64,000 bases of DNA from a virus. Numbering within the stretch: the first letter of the stretch is position 1; each line of letters starts with the position of its first letter. The notes beneath the pieces were generated by a model. It was given only the letters and a program-made list of their open reading frames with translations. It ran no database searches and was not told the origin of the DNA. The stretch spans positions 1 to 64,000 of IMG/VR virus record IMGVR_UViG_3300035660_000005. One strand, 5' to 3'. This document shows, in pieces, positions 56,631 through 64,000 of the stretch. Made by a program: the position numbers and the translations under genes.

Positions 56631-58199
56631 CTAGGCTCCTCGGTTGTCTTCCTGACTGGGGCTCTCGTTCCCACCTGGAATCTCTCCCGTCTCCATGACC
56701 TCGCGGACGACCTCGTCGACCTGCTCCAGTCGAGTGAGCACAGCGTCCTGTGTGCGCTGCATCGCAGCCATCATGTCGACACTCTGAGCCATCGCCATCG
56801 CCATCCCTGCGCCAGCAGCTCCCTTCGACTGGAGGTACTCGGCGAGTGTCACGTTCATGTCGTCACGGGCCGGCAGACCGAGCTTCTCGCGACCCTCGTT
56901 CAGCGTGACCATGTTAGTGCGCACAAGGTTCACGGCGTTGGCGATGTCCGCCGTCTCGTCGCTGACGTCAGGCGCCTCGAACTCTACGCGCCACGCCACG
57001 GTCTCCTCATTGATCCGTCGTGCTCGAGCGTACTCGGTACGGATGAACCGTCCAAGTCGGTCGCAAAGAATGGACTGCGCCGGAGTCACGACGGCGTTCT
57101 TGTAGATGCGGTTGATGGCCACGCTGACGTTGCCACCAAGCATCCCGCGCTGGACGGTACCCAATCTGTCAGGAGGCATACGATGTGCCTCGAGGATTCG
57201 TGCGTCGGTGACGTCCATGAGCTTGGTGAAGTGCATGTCGTTCTGTACGGCCGTCAGTCGTTCGACCTTGAACTGCGCGGTGCCCGACAACGGCACCATG
57301 AGGTTACGGTGCGGGTCCTTGTGCTGGACCTTGAGCTGCTCTTCGAACTCGTCCATGAACGTCTCGATCTCTGCGTCCTTGCCGGTCAGTCCCGACACGA
57401 CGAAGATGTAGCGAGGCTCTCTCGCGTTGGAGAAGAACTTGATGTTATAGTCTCTCGCTGCGATTGCGAGCGTAATGTAGCCCACGCCCGAGATGTAGCC
57501 TGGAATCCCGTACCACGAATTGCGTCGACTCGTCTTCACGAACACCAGCATCTCGTTGGCGAGCTTGTCGAAGCCTGTGCCTGGGGGCGCTGTGCGACCG
57601 TTGCTTGACAGTACTGCCACGTCACGCAACGGCTGTCCAGTGGACACGTCCACTCCCCACCGCTTGAACCAGACCTGCCGCGTGTTGCGGATCTGTACGT
57701 AGAACATACCGTTCCGGTGTGCACGGACTGTGTGTGCCGGCACGTGGTACAGTCGTTGCACCACGCCATTGATGTCGCGTGCTGCCTCGAACATGCCCCA
57801 CCCGACGGTCTCGTAGTCAAGCCAGACGGCGTTCAACAGTTCGATGAACGTCTGCTGCTCGGTGATCTCGTCCAGCCAGTTGTAGATGTCGGCTTCCTGT
57901 TCAGGAGGCGCGCTCTCGTGTTCGGGCACCAGCTTCGGCCCATTGGCGATCACATCCATGGCCTTCTGTTCTAGCGAGGCCGAGTGGGGAGGGTGGGACT
58001 CTGCAAGGAGCACAAGCTGCTCCATGGAGTAGGGTGGCCTCTGAATTGCGACACCGTAGCTGGCGATCTGCGAGAACGGATCCTCTAGCAACTGCTTGGA
58101 GGGGAACTCGGACAGGCGCTCCAACTCTTCGCCGCCGTAGCCTCCGATGATGCGTGCCTTGAAGATCCTGCTACCCTGGGCCTCTGTTCGTGCGACCAT
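56631..58199 (-). CDS. Portal protein (PBSX XkdE-like)
   Basis: LYHVPAHTVR, WYGIP, YNIKFFSN..P, NDMHF, AHRMPP..LG, TLNEGREKLGL. Confidence 0.9.
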   Translation of the reverse strand: MVARTEAQGSRIFKARIIGGYGGEELERLSEFPSKQLLEDPFSQIASYGVAIQRPPYSMEQLVLLAESHPPHSASLEQKAMDVIANGPKLVPEHESAPPEQEADIYNWLDEITEQQTFIELLNAVWLDYETVGWGMFEAARDINGVVQRLYHVPAHTVRAHRNGMFYVQIRNTRQVWFKRWGVDVSTGQPLRDVAVLSSNGRTAPPGTGFDKLANEMLVFVKTSRRNSWYGIPGYISGVGYITLAIAARDYNIKFFSNAREPRYIFVVSGLTGKDAEIETFMDEFEEQLKVQHKDPHRNLMVPLSGTAQFKVERLTAVQNDMHFTKLMDVTDARILEAHRMPPDRLGTVQRGMLGGNVSVAINRIYKNAVVTPAQSILCDRLGRFIRTEYARARRINEETVAWRVEFEAPDVSDETADIANAVNLVRTNMVTLNEGREKLGLPARDDMNVTLAEYLQSKGAAGAGMAMAMAQSVDMMAAMQRTQDAVLTRLEQVDEVVREVMETGEIPGGNESPSQEDNRGA

Positions 58200-58201
58200 G
58201 G

Positions 58202-58531
58202 TTAGTCGCCCTCCTGTCGTCGGGTTGTAGCGTAGTTATAGGTCCACTCGATGCACCACGCCAACAGCTCGATCTCCTCTTGCGTACCCAGCGGTCGCTG
58301 GTCTTCGACACAGATCTGGCGCAGTGCCAACGGACCGTGGGGGCCATCCAACGCAACGGCAACGGCGTACCGTGCACGTCGGCCCTTCACCCTCATGTGC
58401 ACCTCCGATTGTACCACCTTGATCCCCTGTTGGGCCACCAGTATGGACGCCTCTTGGAGGCTGGAGACTAGCACGGACCTGGCATGGGCCCGTCTTCCGG
58501 CAGTGTACCTAGAGGGCATGAGTGTGGTCAA
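58202..58531 (-). CDS. Hypothetical protein
   Basis: ORF between terL and portal. Confidence 0.45.
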   Translation of the reverse strand: MTTLMPSRYTAGRRAHARSVLVSSLQEASILVAQQGIKVVQSEVHMRVKGRRARYAVAVALDGPHGPLALRQICVEDQRPLGTQEEIELLAWCIEWTYNYATTRRQEGD

Positions 58532-58547
58532 CCCCCACGCTTGTCAC

Positions 58548-59957
58548 CTACAAACCCCGAGGCCTGTGTAGTCGACTGATCGTCCGCTTACCTCCAGCGA
58601 TCTGCCACGCGAGAGCTAGTGTGCATATCTCATCCGGTGGGTGACCTGACCCGTAGAGGTCGTCCGTTGTGACCGCTCGATGTAGCTCCGTCAGTGAGTT
58701 CAACGCTGGCCATTCGACCTCGCCGTTGTCCACCGCCGTCTCGTAGTCGAGGTACAGCTTCACCTTCGACGCCGGCGTCATGATGTAGGGGGTCACCTGT
58801 GAGATGGGAATGTCAAGGTAGGTGTTGATTACGTCGCCGATGCCCGTGGCGTCGTGGATGGCGTGAGCGTGATACTCCTTGCCCCACTCGTTGTAGAGCT
58901 TCACCACTTTCGGCCATGGCCACCTGAAGCAACGCACCCAACGCACGAGACGTGGCGGCGTAACGTCGTACCGCACGACAGCCACGACCGAGAGGTCCAC
59001 CTTGCGTGCCCAGTCCGCAGCCACCACGTAGTCACCGCCGTCCACCGGATCCTCGAACAGACACACCTGGTTGAGGCCGTCGTCGACAGGAGCGCCTGAG
59101 AACATCGCCTCAAGGGCTTCCCTCGCGAACAGCATTCCACCCTCGTCTGGGGCCTCGAGGTCGTACTCGGTACGCCACATCCGACCGGTCACCTGGATGC
59201 GTTTGGAGGCGATGTTCTCGGGCAGAAGCCACGACCCAGGGTTCTTCGGGTTACACAACGTTTCCTTATAGCACCAGCGCCGGACGGGCCATCCCTTCTC
59301 AGCGGCGCGCTTGAGTAGCTCCGTCATCGTTCCGGCCTCGTGGTGGTGCGTGGACGCAAGGATGGTCTGTGCCGGTCTTCGCGGGTCGGTGACCATCGTC
59401 TGGCCCATCAGGGCGTCGATGATCTCGACGTCGCATTCTTCCGCCTCATCGATGCGTAGACGCTGAGGGTGAGGACCACGTGCGGCTCTCGATGACGCTG
59501 TGAGGGCTTGCATGGTGTTGCCCATGAGTGTGCGCGTCCACGTACGCCGAGGCTCGTTGGCCAAGAGCCAATGCGGCGCCGTGACAGCCTCGAGCTTGCC
59601 GTCGACCGTCTCCTCTGCGCTATGGCCCCAAGCCTTCTCAGCAGCTTCATGTGCACGCCTGGACTGTTCGCCCGAGCCGCCCGCCAACACGACGTCGAAG
59701 CCTGAGATGAGCTCGATGAGTGACAAGCCGGCCAAGGCCCACGTCTTGCCGCCAAAGCCTCTGGATGCAATCCAGATGATGATTGGCGACTTAGCGAAGT
59801 AGGCCTCGATGATGGCGTCGGCAGGACTCGTGTGGTCGGGGCAGCATGCCTTACGGGGATAGCGTAGACCGAAGTAGAGCTCTAGCTGGGCTAGCAACTC
59901 GTGCGGAGTTTGGGGGGCTCGGTACACGACGGGCAGGTTGTCGTCGTTCGACGTCAC
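58548..59957 (-). CDS. terL: Terminase large subunit
   Basis: Walker A SRGFGGKT, Walker B LRIDEAE, LAST, nuclease AADWAR..D, HDATGIG, PDEIC.LALA. Confidence 0.9.
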   Translation of the reverse strand: MTSNDDNLPVVYRAPQTPHELLAQLELYFGLRYPRKACCPDHTSPADAIIEAYFAKSPIIIWIASRGFGGKTWALAGLSLIELISGFDVVLAGGSGEQSRRAHEAAEKAWGHSAEETVDGKLEAVTAPHWLLANEPRRTWTRTLMGNTMQALTASSRAARGPHPQRLRIDEAEECDVEIIDALMGQTMVTDPRRPAQTILASTHHHEAGTMTELLKRAAEKGWPVRRWCYKETLCNPKNPGSWLLPENIASKRIQVTGRMWRTEYDLEAPDEGGMLFAREALEAMFSGAPVDDGLNQVCLFEDPVDGGDYVVAADWARKVDLSVVAVVRYDVTPPRLVRWVRCFRWPWPKVVKLYNEWGKEYHAHAIHDATGIGDVINTYLDIPISQVTPYIMTPASKVKLYLDYETAVDNGEVEWPALNSLTELHRAVTTDDLYGSGHPPDEICTLALAWQIAGGKRTISRLHRPRGL

Positions 59958-59963
59958 CAGCTA

Positions 59964-59992
59964 ATCGTACCGCATCGAGGATGTGAAGTCAA
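59964..59992 (-). promoter_or_regulatory. Sigma70 promoter, probably leaderless, for terL
   Basis: TTGACT-17-TACGAT, with 6 nt to the GTG start. Confidence 0.65.
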
Positions 59993-60004
59993 GCGATCTT
60001 CTGA

Positions 60005-60068
60005 TCCCGCACTGTTGTGTGTCGCCTGAGGTACGGTGTTAGCGTGTGGCTCGCTGTGCACGTCCCGC
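60005..60068 (+). promoter_or_regulatory. 64-bp conserved element upstream of the terL promoter
   Basis: Matches the reverse complement of 37265-37328. Confidence 0.55.
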
Positions 60069-60115
60069 CAGCGTGCGTGTGGTCGGACGCGTTGGAGATT
60101 ACGTCGCCGTCTACT

Positions 60116-60664
60116 TTACTTACTCAACTGCAGGCGAGACGGCACGCCGTCCACTTCCTCGAGCGTCAGCACGTCAGGGACACCGACACGCTCAGTCTCC
60201 TCACGGAGTACCCGTCGGCATATGGCGGCGAAGAAGTCCCACTCGGGCTGTGGGATAGTGCGCTCAGGTGGGAACTTGACTACCTTGAGTCGGGATGTCG
60301 TCGCGTACATCAGTCCAGCCTCGGGAGGAACTTCGTCCGGTCGTACCAGGTCCTTCGGTGTCACGTAGTAGAAGTACTGGCAGAGGGCGAGGTATCGAGC
60401 CCTCTTGGAGGCTGTCTTTACGTCGTGCAGGAAGTCGGCTCGGCTCACCTTCACCTCGAAGCCGGTGGGTCGGTAACCTCCGCTCGGCCAGAGGTGGAAA
60501 GCCCACGCATCCAGCCGCCGCTCTACGTTCTGGCGGTCACTACCCTTCATCCAAGCGAGGCGGTTGTAGTTGTAGCCTGTTCCTGCACGGAGCTCAAGGA
60601 AGAAGGCCCATGCGGGTGGTCGGTAGTACCTGCGAAGCAGAGCGAGGATCTCGGCTGTGTTCAC
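60116..60664 (-). CDS. MmcB-like PD-(D/E)XK nuclease
   Basis: RRLDAW..GFEVKVSRADF..YFYYVTP. Confidence 0.75.
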   Translation of the reverse strand: MNTAEILALLRRYYRPPAWAFFLELRAGTGYNYNRLAWMKGSDRQNVERRLDAWAFHLWPSGGYRPTGFEVKVSRADFLHDVKTASKRARYLALCQYFYYVTPKDLVRPDEVPPEAGLMYATTSRLKVVKFPPERTIPQPEWDFFAAICRRVLREETERVGVPDVLTLEEVDGVPSRLQLSK

Positions 60665-61269
60665 GCTTGCGACTCCTCAACTGTGGGTGGTGTAAGCCGT
60701 CGTAGCGTGTCGGGTCGAAGTAGCAGCTTGTGCGCGACGCCCGACGCATCCACGACGATGACCATCGGCGTTGCTGGCTTGCCATCGTCGTCGCTGCCTA
60801 CGCGCGTGGGCACTCGGTGGAGCTGTAGCAGGTCTTCGACGGCCGCCTCGTTCTTCATCAGCGCCTCAAGGATCTCGCGCTCAGCCTCTGCCCACTTCGG
60901 GTCGAGAGCGTTCTCTACCACCTCGCCGGGGATGGCTTGGCCATGCTCGTCCTTGCCTAAAGACGGACGACGCATGAAGGGTCTGGACTTCTCCAGTCCA
61001 TCCAGACGTGCCCACAACTCTCTCGAGATGAGGTGCCGTGAAGCGAGTGCCTCAACGACTGCGTTGGCCGTCACCTCCACGACGATGCCGCGGAGCAGTT
61101 CGCGTGCGTGTGCGATGTCGATCCAGTACTGGGCCGGCGACACACCGATCAGGTCAGCCGCTTCGGGGCCAGGTGTGCGCTGCAGGTACAACTTCCACGC
61201 TTGGATGATGCGCTCGAGCACTGTGTGGTCGTTGTACCAACGCTTCTTGTACGCTCGAGGCTTGGTCAT
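60661..61269 (-). CDS. Terminase small subunit-like HTH protein
   Basis: N-terminal HTH (EAADLIGVS) plus helical oligomerisation region; near terL. Confidence 0.55.
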   Translation of the reverse strand: MTKPRAYKKRWYNDHTVLERIIQAWKLYLQRTPGPEAADLIGVSPAQYWIDIAHARELLRGIVVEVTANAVVEALASRHLISRELWARLDGLEKSRPFMRRPSLGKDEHGQAIPGEVVENALDPKWAEAEREILEALMKNEAAVEDLLQLHRVPTRVGSDDDGKPATPMVIVVDASGVAHKLLLRPDTLRRLTPPTVEESQA

Positions 61270-61709
61270 GGCCTCGTCCACGCAGGCATCCAGGGATCGA
61301 AGACCAGTTCCCACCAGAAGCAAGGCCCACTCACAGAGGTCAAGCGCTTGTCCACGGTCTCGACGCGATGTAGCCAGAGCAGCGGCATCCCGAGTGCCAA
61401 CGCTACGTCGCGCGCTCTCGGCCCCGCCGCCTCATCGTTGTAGCCTACCGTGATCATCGGAAGCATGCGCGCGTGCGAAGATCCGCCGGTGCAGACGCCT
61501 TGGCAGGACGAACCAGTTACGACGCCGGCCTCCCACAGTCCCCACACCAGCTCGTAGATGCCTGGATCAAGATGACAGTCGGCAGTAGAACAATCCTCCG
61601 GCGCATCAGGCGCGTGGTGCCGACAGTCGCCCCAGACGTCCGGCTCAAGCAGGGCATACCACAGACGGGCGAGTCGTCTCCGAAATGTCATGTTGATCCA
61701 CTGCTTCAT
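61266..61709 (-). CDS. Hypothetical protein with TYW3-like motif
   Basis: LDPGI.ELV..L..GV.T.SSCQG. Confidence 0.45.
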   Translation of the reverse strand: MKQWINMTFRRRLARLWYALLEPDVWGDCRHHAPDAPEDCSTADCHLDPGIYELVWGLWEAGVVTGSSCQGVCTGGSSHARMLPMITVGYNDEAAGPRARDVALALGMPLLWLHRVETVDKRLTSVSGPCFWWELVFDPWMPAWTRP

Positions 61710-62104
61710 GCTTCGATCTCCCTCAACGTAGCTGCAAGCGCCTCGCCATCCGAGCGCAGACGCACGTTCCATGCACAGTGCGGATAGTGGACAGCAGGTT
61801 CACCGTAGGGGAAGTCTCGACATACGGACGGTCGACGGCTGTGGATGATACACGCTGCCTTGCGTCGACCCTCGGCAGGTCTGAAGAACGAGCAGGCGTA
61901 AGTCCACACACCGTCAGAGTGTTGCGTTGGCACCAAGTTGCCGAACCAGATACTGACGTCGATGGAGCCGGGTGGGTCGCGGTACCACTCGCCCGCTAGT
62001 TCAAGCGGTGACAGTCCACCCAGACTGAAGCGCTGACAGCACTCACCACACCGGTTGCACTTGATGCGCTTGAACTCTTCCCTGGTGACCAACGGTCTCC
62101 TCAC
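61706..62104 (-). CDS. YkgJ/FliB-family cysteine-cluster protein
   Basis: CNRCGECC..CSF..CIIH..RPSVCRDFP. Confidence 0.75.
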   Translation of the reverse strand: MRRPLVTREEFKRIKCNRCGECCQRFSLGGLSPLELAGEWYRDPPGSIDVSIWFGNLVPTQHSDGVWTYACSFFRPAEGRRKAACIIHSRRPSVCRDFPYGEPAVHYPHCAWNVRLRSDGEALAATLREIEA

Positions 62105-62109
62105 GCAAC

Positions 62110-62289
62110 TCAGTCCTGCTTCGGGTGGCGAATCGCGTGCAGTTCGAGCAGCTGGGCCTCAGCGCGGATCTTGCGCGCCTTGGCCTGGATCCACGCTACG
62201 GTGGCACCGATCAGTCCCACAGCGTTCAGGAACACCAGGGTCGCTGCGCAGGCCATAAGCACCTGGAACGGTAGGAAGTCATACCACAT
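62110..62289 (-). CDS. Small membrane protein (59 aa)
   Basis: Hand-translated; one TM helix. Confidence 0.4.
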   Translation of the reverse strand: MWYDFLPFQVLMACAATLVFLNAVGLIGATVAWIQAKARKIRAEAQLLELHAIRHPKQD

Positions 62290-63001
62290 CCGTCACCTCG
62301 CTTTGGAGTGCTGCGAGCTCAGTAAGCAGCTCAGGCGACGGTGGCTCGTAGCCCTCGTCACCGGGCTCAAGGAAGCGCTTGTGCCGACCGAGGTAGTACA
62401 GGTCGTCCGAGGTCACGATGCCATCAGCAAGACCGTACCGGACAGACTCCTCCGCGGACAACCAGAGCATGCGGTCGATGTCCGCCAACAACTCGTCGCG
62501 AGAGCGCTTCACGCCGCACTCGATGTAGCAGTCCACCATGGCGTCGCGGATCTTGTTCATCTCCTGCTGGCACAGCTCCAGGTCCCTCGAGTCCACGGAG
62601 AACTCCTGTGCGTTGATCCTCGGTAGGTGCAGCATCAGTCGGGCATGCGGCAGTAGTAAGCGGCGTCGACCAGCCGCGAAGATCAGCGAGGCCATGGACG
62701 CGCACGACATGCCGATGGTGGTCACTGGCGCCGGCGATGCACGAATCGTGTCGTACAGAGTCATGCCGACGTCGATGGACCCACCCTCACTGGCGACGAA
62801 CAGCACGATGGGATCGCTGCTCTCCAACGCAAGCGCAAGCAGGCTCTCGAACACTCGGGTCGGCGAGTACATGTCCTGCCGTGCCGTGTAGCTTAGCATA
62901 GGACCCACAAGGAACAAGGCACGTCGGCTCGTGCCGACGATCTCGGCTCCCCAGGCAAGCTCGTTGTCGCGGATTCTGTCGGGACGTGGTCTCACAAACA
63001 T
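62279..63001 (-). CDS. clpP: ClpP-like protease
   Basis: SEGGS, LYDTI, CASMAS (Ser), LMLHLP (His), WLSAEESVRYGLAD. Confidence 0.85.
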   Translation of the reverse strand: MFVRPRPDRIRDNELAWGAEIVGTSRRALFLVGPMLSYTARQDMYSPTRVFESLLALALESSDPIVLFVASEGGSIDVGMTLYDTIRASPAPVTTIGMSCASMASLIFAAGRRRLLLPHARLMLHLPRINAQEFSVDSRDLELCQQEMNKIRDAMVDCYIECGVKRSRDELLADIDRMLWLSAEESVRYGLADGIVTSDDLYYLGRHKRFLEPGDEGYEPPSPELLTELAALQSEVTDVV

Positions 63002-63003
63002 GA

Positions 63004-63372
63004 CTACTCCTTGCTCACTGTTTCCCAGCGGTCATCGAGCTCGAGCACCTGCCGGCCGGCTTGCTGGTCGAGGTAGTATTGCAGAAGCGTGAGACAGTGC
63101 CAAGCCGCGTGGGCCATGTGCGGAAGGCCCGACTCGTCGTCGATGTCCTCACCGTTGATGGAGGCGAAGACATGACGCAGAAGAGCATTGTACGACAGGC
63201 TCCAGTTGTAGCCCTTGCGGAAGTTGTGGGCCGCGTACTTCTCGAGCGCCCGTCCGTACACCTCGCCCAGCACCAGTAGCGCCTCTGCTGGCGCCAAGAA
63301 CAGTTGTGACGGCTTTGAGCACTTCTCGCCACCGGTCAGCCGGTTCTTGACTCTTACCTCGTCGGTCATCAT
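63004..63372 (-). CDS. dATP/dGTP diphosphohydrolase-like protein (DUF5664)
   Basis: KYAAHNFRKG..YNALLRH..GEDIDDESGLPHMAHAAW. Confidence 0.8.
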   Translation of the reverse strand: MMTDEVRVKNRLTGGEKCSKPSQLFLAPAEALLVLGEVYGRALEKYAAHNFRKGYNWSLSYNALLRHVFASINGEDIDDESGLPHMAHAAWHCLTLLQYYLDQQAGRQVLELDDRWETVSKE

Positions 63373-63378
63373 GTCTCC

Positions 63379-63999
63379 TCATGCCAAGCGGTGCTGAACG
63401 CGCCGACCACGGCCTGTCTTGACCACCTCGCCGGCGTCGCGCAGAACGTGAAGGGCACGATGGAGGCCGCCTGCCACGCTCACGTAGGCGCTCAACTCGC
63501 GGGCTGTCTTTGGGCCGGTTGAGAGAGCGACCAAGATGCGCTTTCCTTGAGTCATGTCCGAGGTGATGGACACCGTATGGTCAGTGGGGACACTACCGTG
63601 ACGCTCGGGTCGCCAGGGCTTGAGTTCCGCATCGTACTCGGCGTAGCCGGATTCCGTCTCCCACACGCGGACCTTCTCCACGTAGGCCGGCATGTTCCCG
63701 GTCACCTCGAGTTCAGCCACCAGGAATCGGTAGATGTGGTAGGCGAGCTGCTCCGCGGTGGTGACCTCCACGCCCAACGTTGGAGCTGACTGGTTCAGGA
63801 ACGTATGATCGAGCAGTCCATGCAGCCTCTTCAGTGCAGCACCGACAGCGGTGAAATCGACGAGCATGCCCTCCTTGGCGTGACCGTGACCACAGGGCAC
63901 GAGACTGCGACCTACGATGAACACCTCCACTGTGTACTTGTGCCCATGGAGGTTGTGACACCTGCCGTCGTGGTTGGGCAGTCTGTGCGCACACTCGAG
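63379..63999 (-). CDS. queD: 6-carboxytetrahydropterin synthase QueD with C-terminal wHTH extension (5' end beyond window)
   Basis: Frame stays open to the edge: AHRLPNHDGRCHNLHGHKY, GMLVDF, LDHTFLN, TAEQLA, VRVWET. Confidence 0.88.
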   Translation of the reverse strand, partial: LECAHRLPNHDGRCHNLHGHKYTVEVFIVGRSLVPCGHGHAKEGMLVDFTAVGAALKRLHGLLDHTFLNQSAPTLGVEVTTAEQLAYHIYRFLVAELEVTGNMPAYVEKVRVWETESGYAEYDAELKPWRPERHGSVPTDHTVSITSDMTQGKRILVALSTGPKTARELSAYVSVAGGLHRALHVLRDAGEVVKTGRGRRVQHRLA

Positions 64000-64000
64000 C

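Noticed and set aside
60017-61453. 478-aa plus-strand ORF (and similar long ORFs at 1768-3003, 10055-11056, 12191-13387, 24142-25011, 55708-56595)
   Set aside because: Antisense shadows of well-supported minus-strand genes in GC-rich DNA; no motifs or RBS
63004-63372. Z-genome (2-aminoadenine) pathway suggested by DUF5664
   Set aside because: No PurZ or DatZ-like gene seen; QueD and TGT-like context favours deazaguanine, though the flanks are unseen
1-64000. CRISPR array or mini-array
   Set aside because: No regularly spaced direct repeats seen; the repeats found are dispersed promoter or regulatory copies
1-64000. Integrated prophage boundaries, integrase, or alternative genetic code
   Set aside because: No integrase or host genes visible; core genes are full length under the standard bacterial code with all three stops used

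Overview
GC-rich, densely coding segment of a tailed dsDNA phage genome (siphovirus-type tail; HK97-fold head with PBSX XkdE/XkdF/XkdG-like portal, protease and capsid). No integrase, CRISPR array or host housekeeping context is visible, and both window edges cut ORFs. Layout: (1) 0.1-15.4 kb, minus strand: replication/recombination (DNA MTase, RecA, gp32-like SSB, UvsY-like, TGT/DpdA-like, primase, DnaB-like helicase, initiator-like gene with an internal inverted repeat, HNH, SF2 helicase, UDG4-PolA fusion, sigma factor). (2) 15.7-19.9 kb, plus strand: LAGLIDADG, RNase HII, QueD-like, HPRT, nucleoside deoxyribosyltransferase-like, holins, endolysin. (3) 19.9-37.2 kb, minus strand: tail, neck, capsid, scaffold. 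(4) 37.4-45.8 kb: divergent accessory block of small ORFs, repeated sigma70 promoter cassettes and an atypical tRNA-Pro; it interrupts the head module. (5) 45.8-64 kb, minus strand: 1425-aa protease polyprotein, MuF, a displaced structural cassette, portal, terminase, ClpP-like, dATP/dGTP diphosphohydrolase, QueD. The most striking feature is the 1425-aa ORF, in which an XkdF-type prohead protease is fused to a Pol-beta-type nucleotidyltransferase, an ATP-dependent DNA ligase, a LigD-type 3'-phosphoesterase and an MBL-fold domain. The domains are separated by repeated Lys-Ala/Ser motifs that resemble the capsid-protein N-terminus, suggesting a self-processed, capsid-packaged DNA end-repair kit. 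A dispersed 7-deazaguanine DNA-modification toolkit and an unusual PolA active site are also present. All assignments are by-eye motif recognition; no searches were run.
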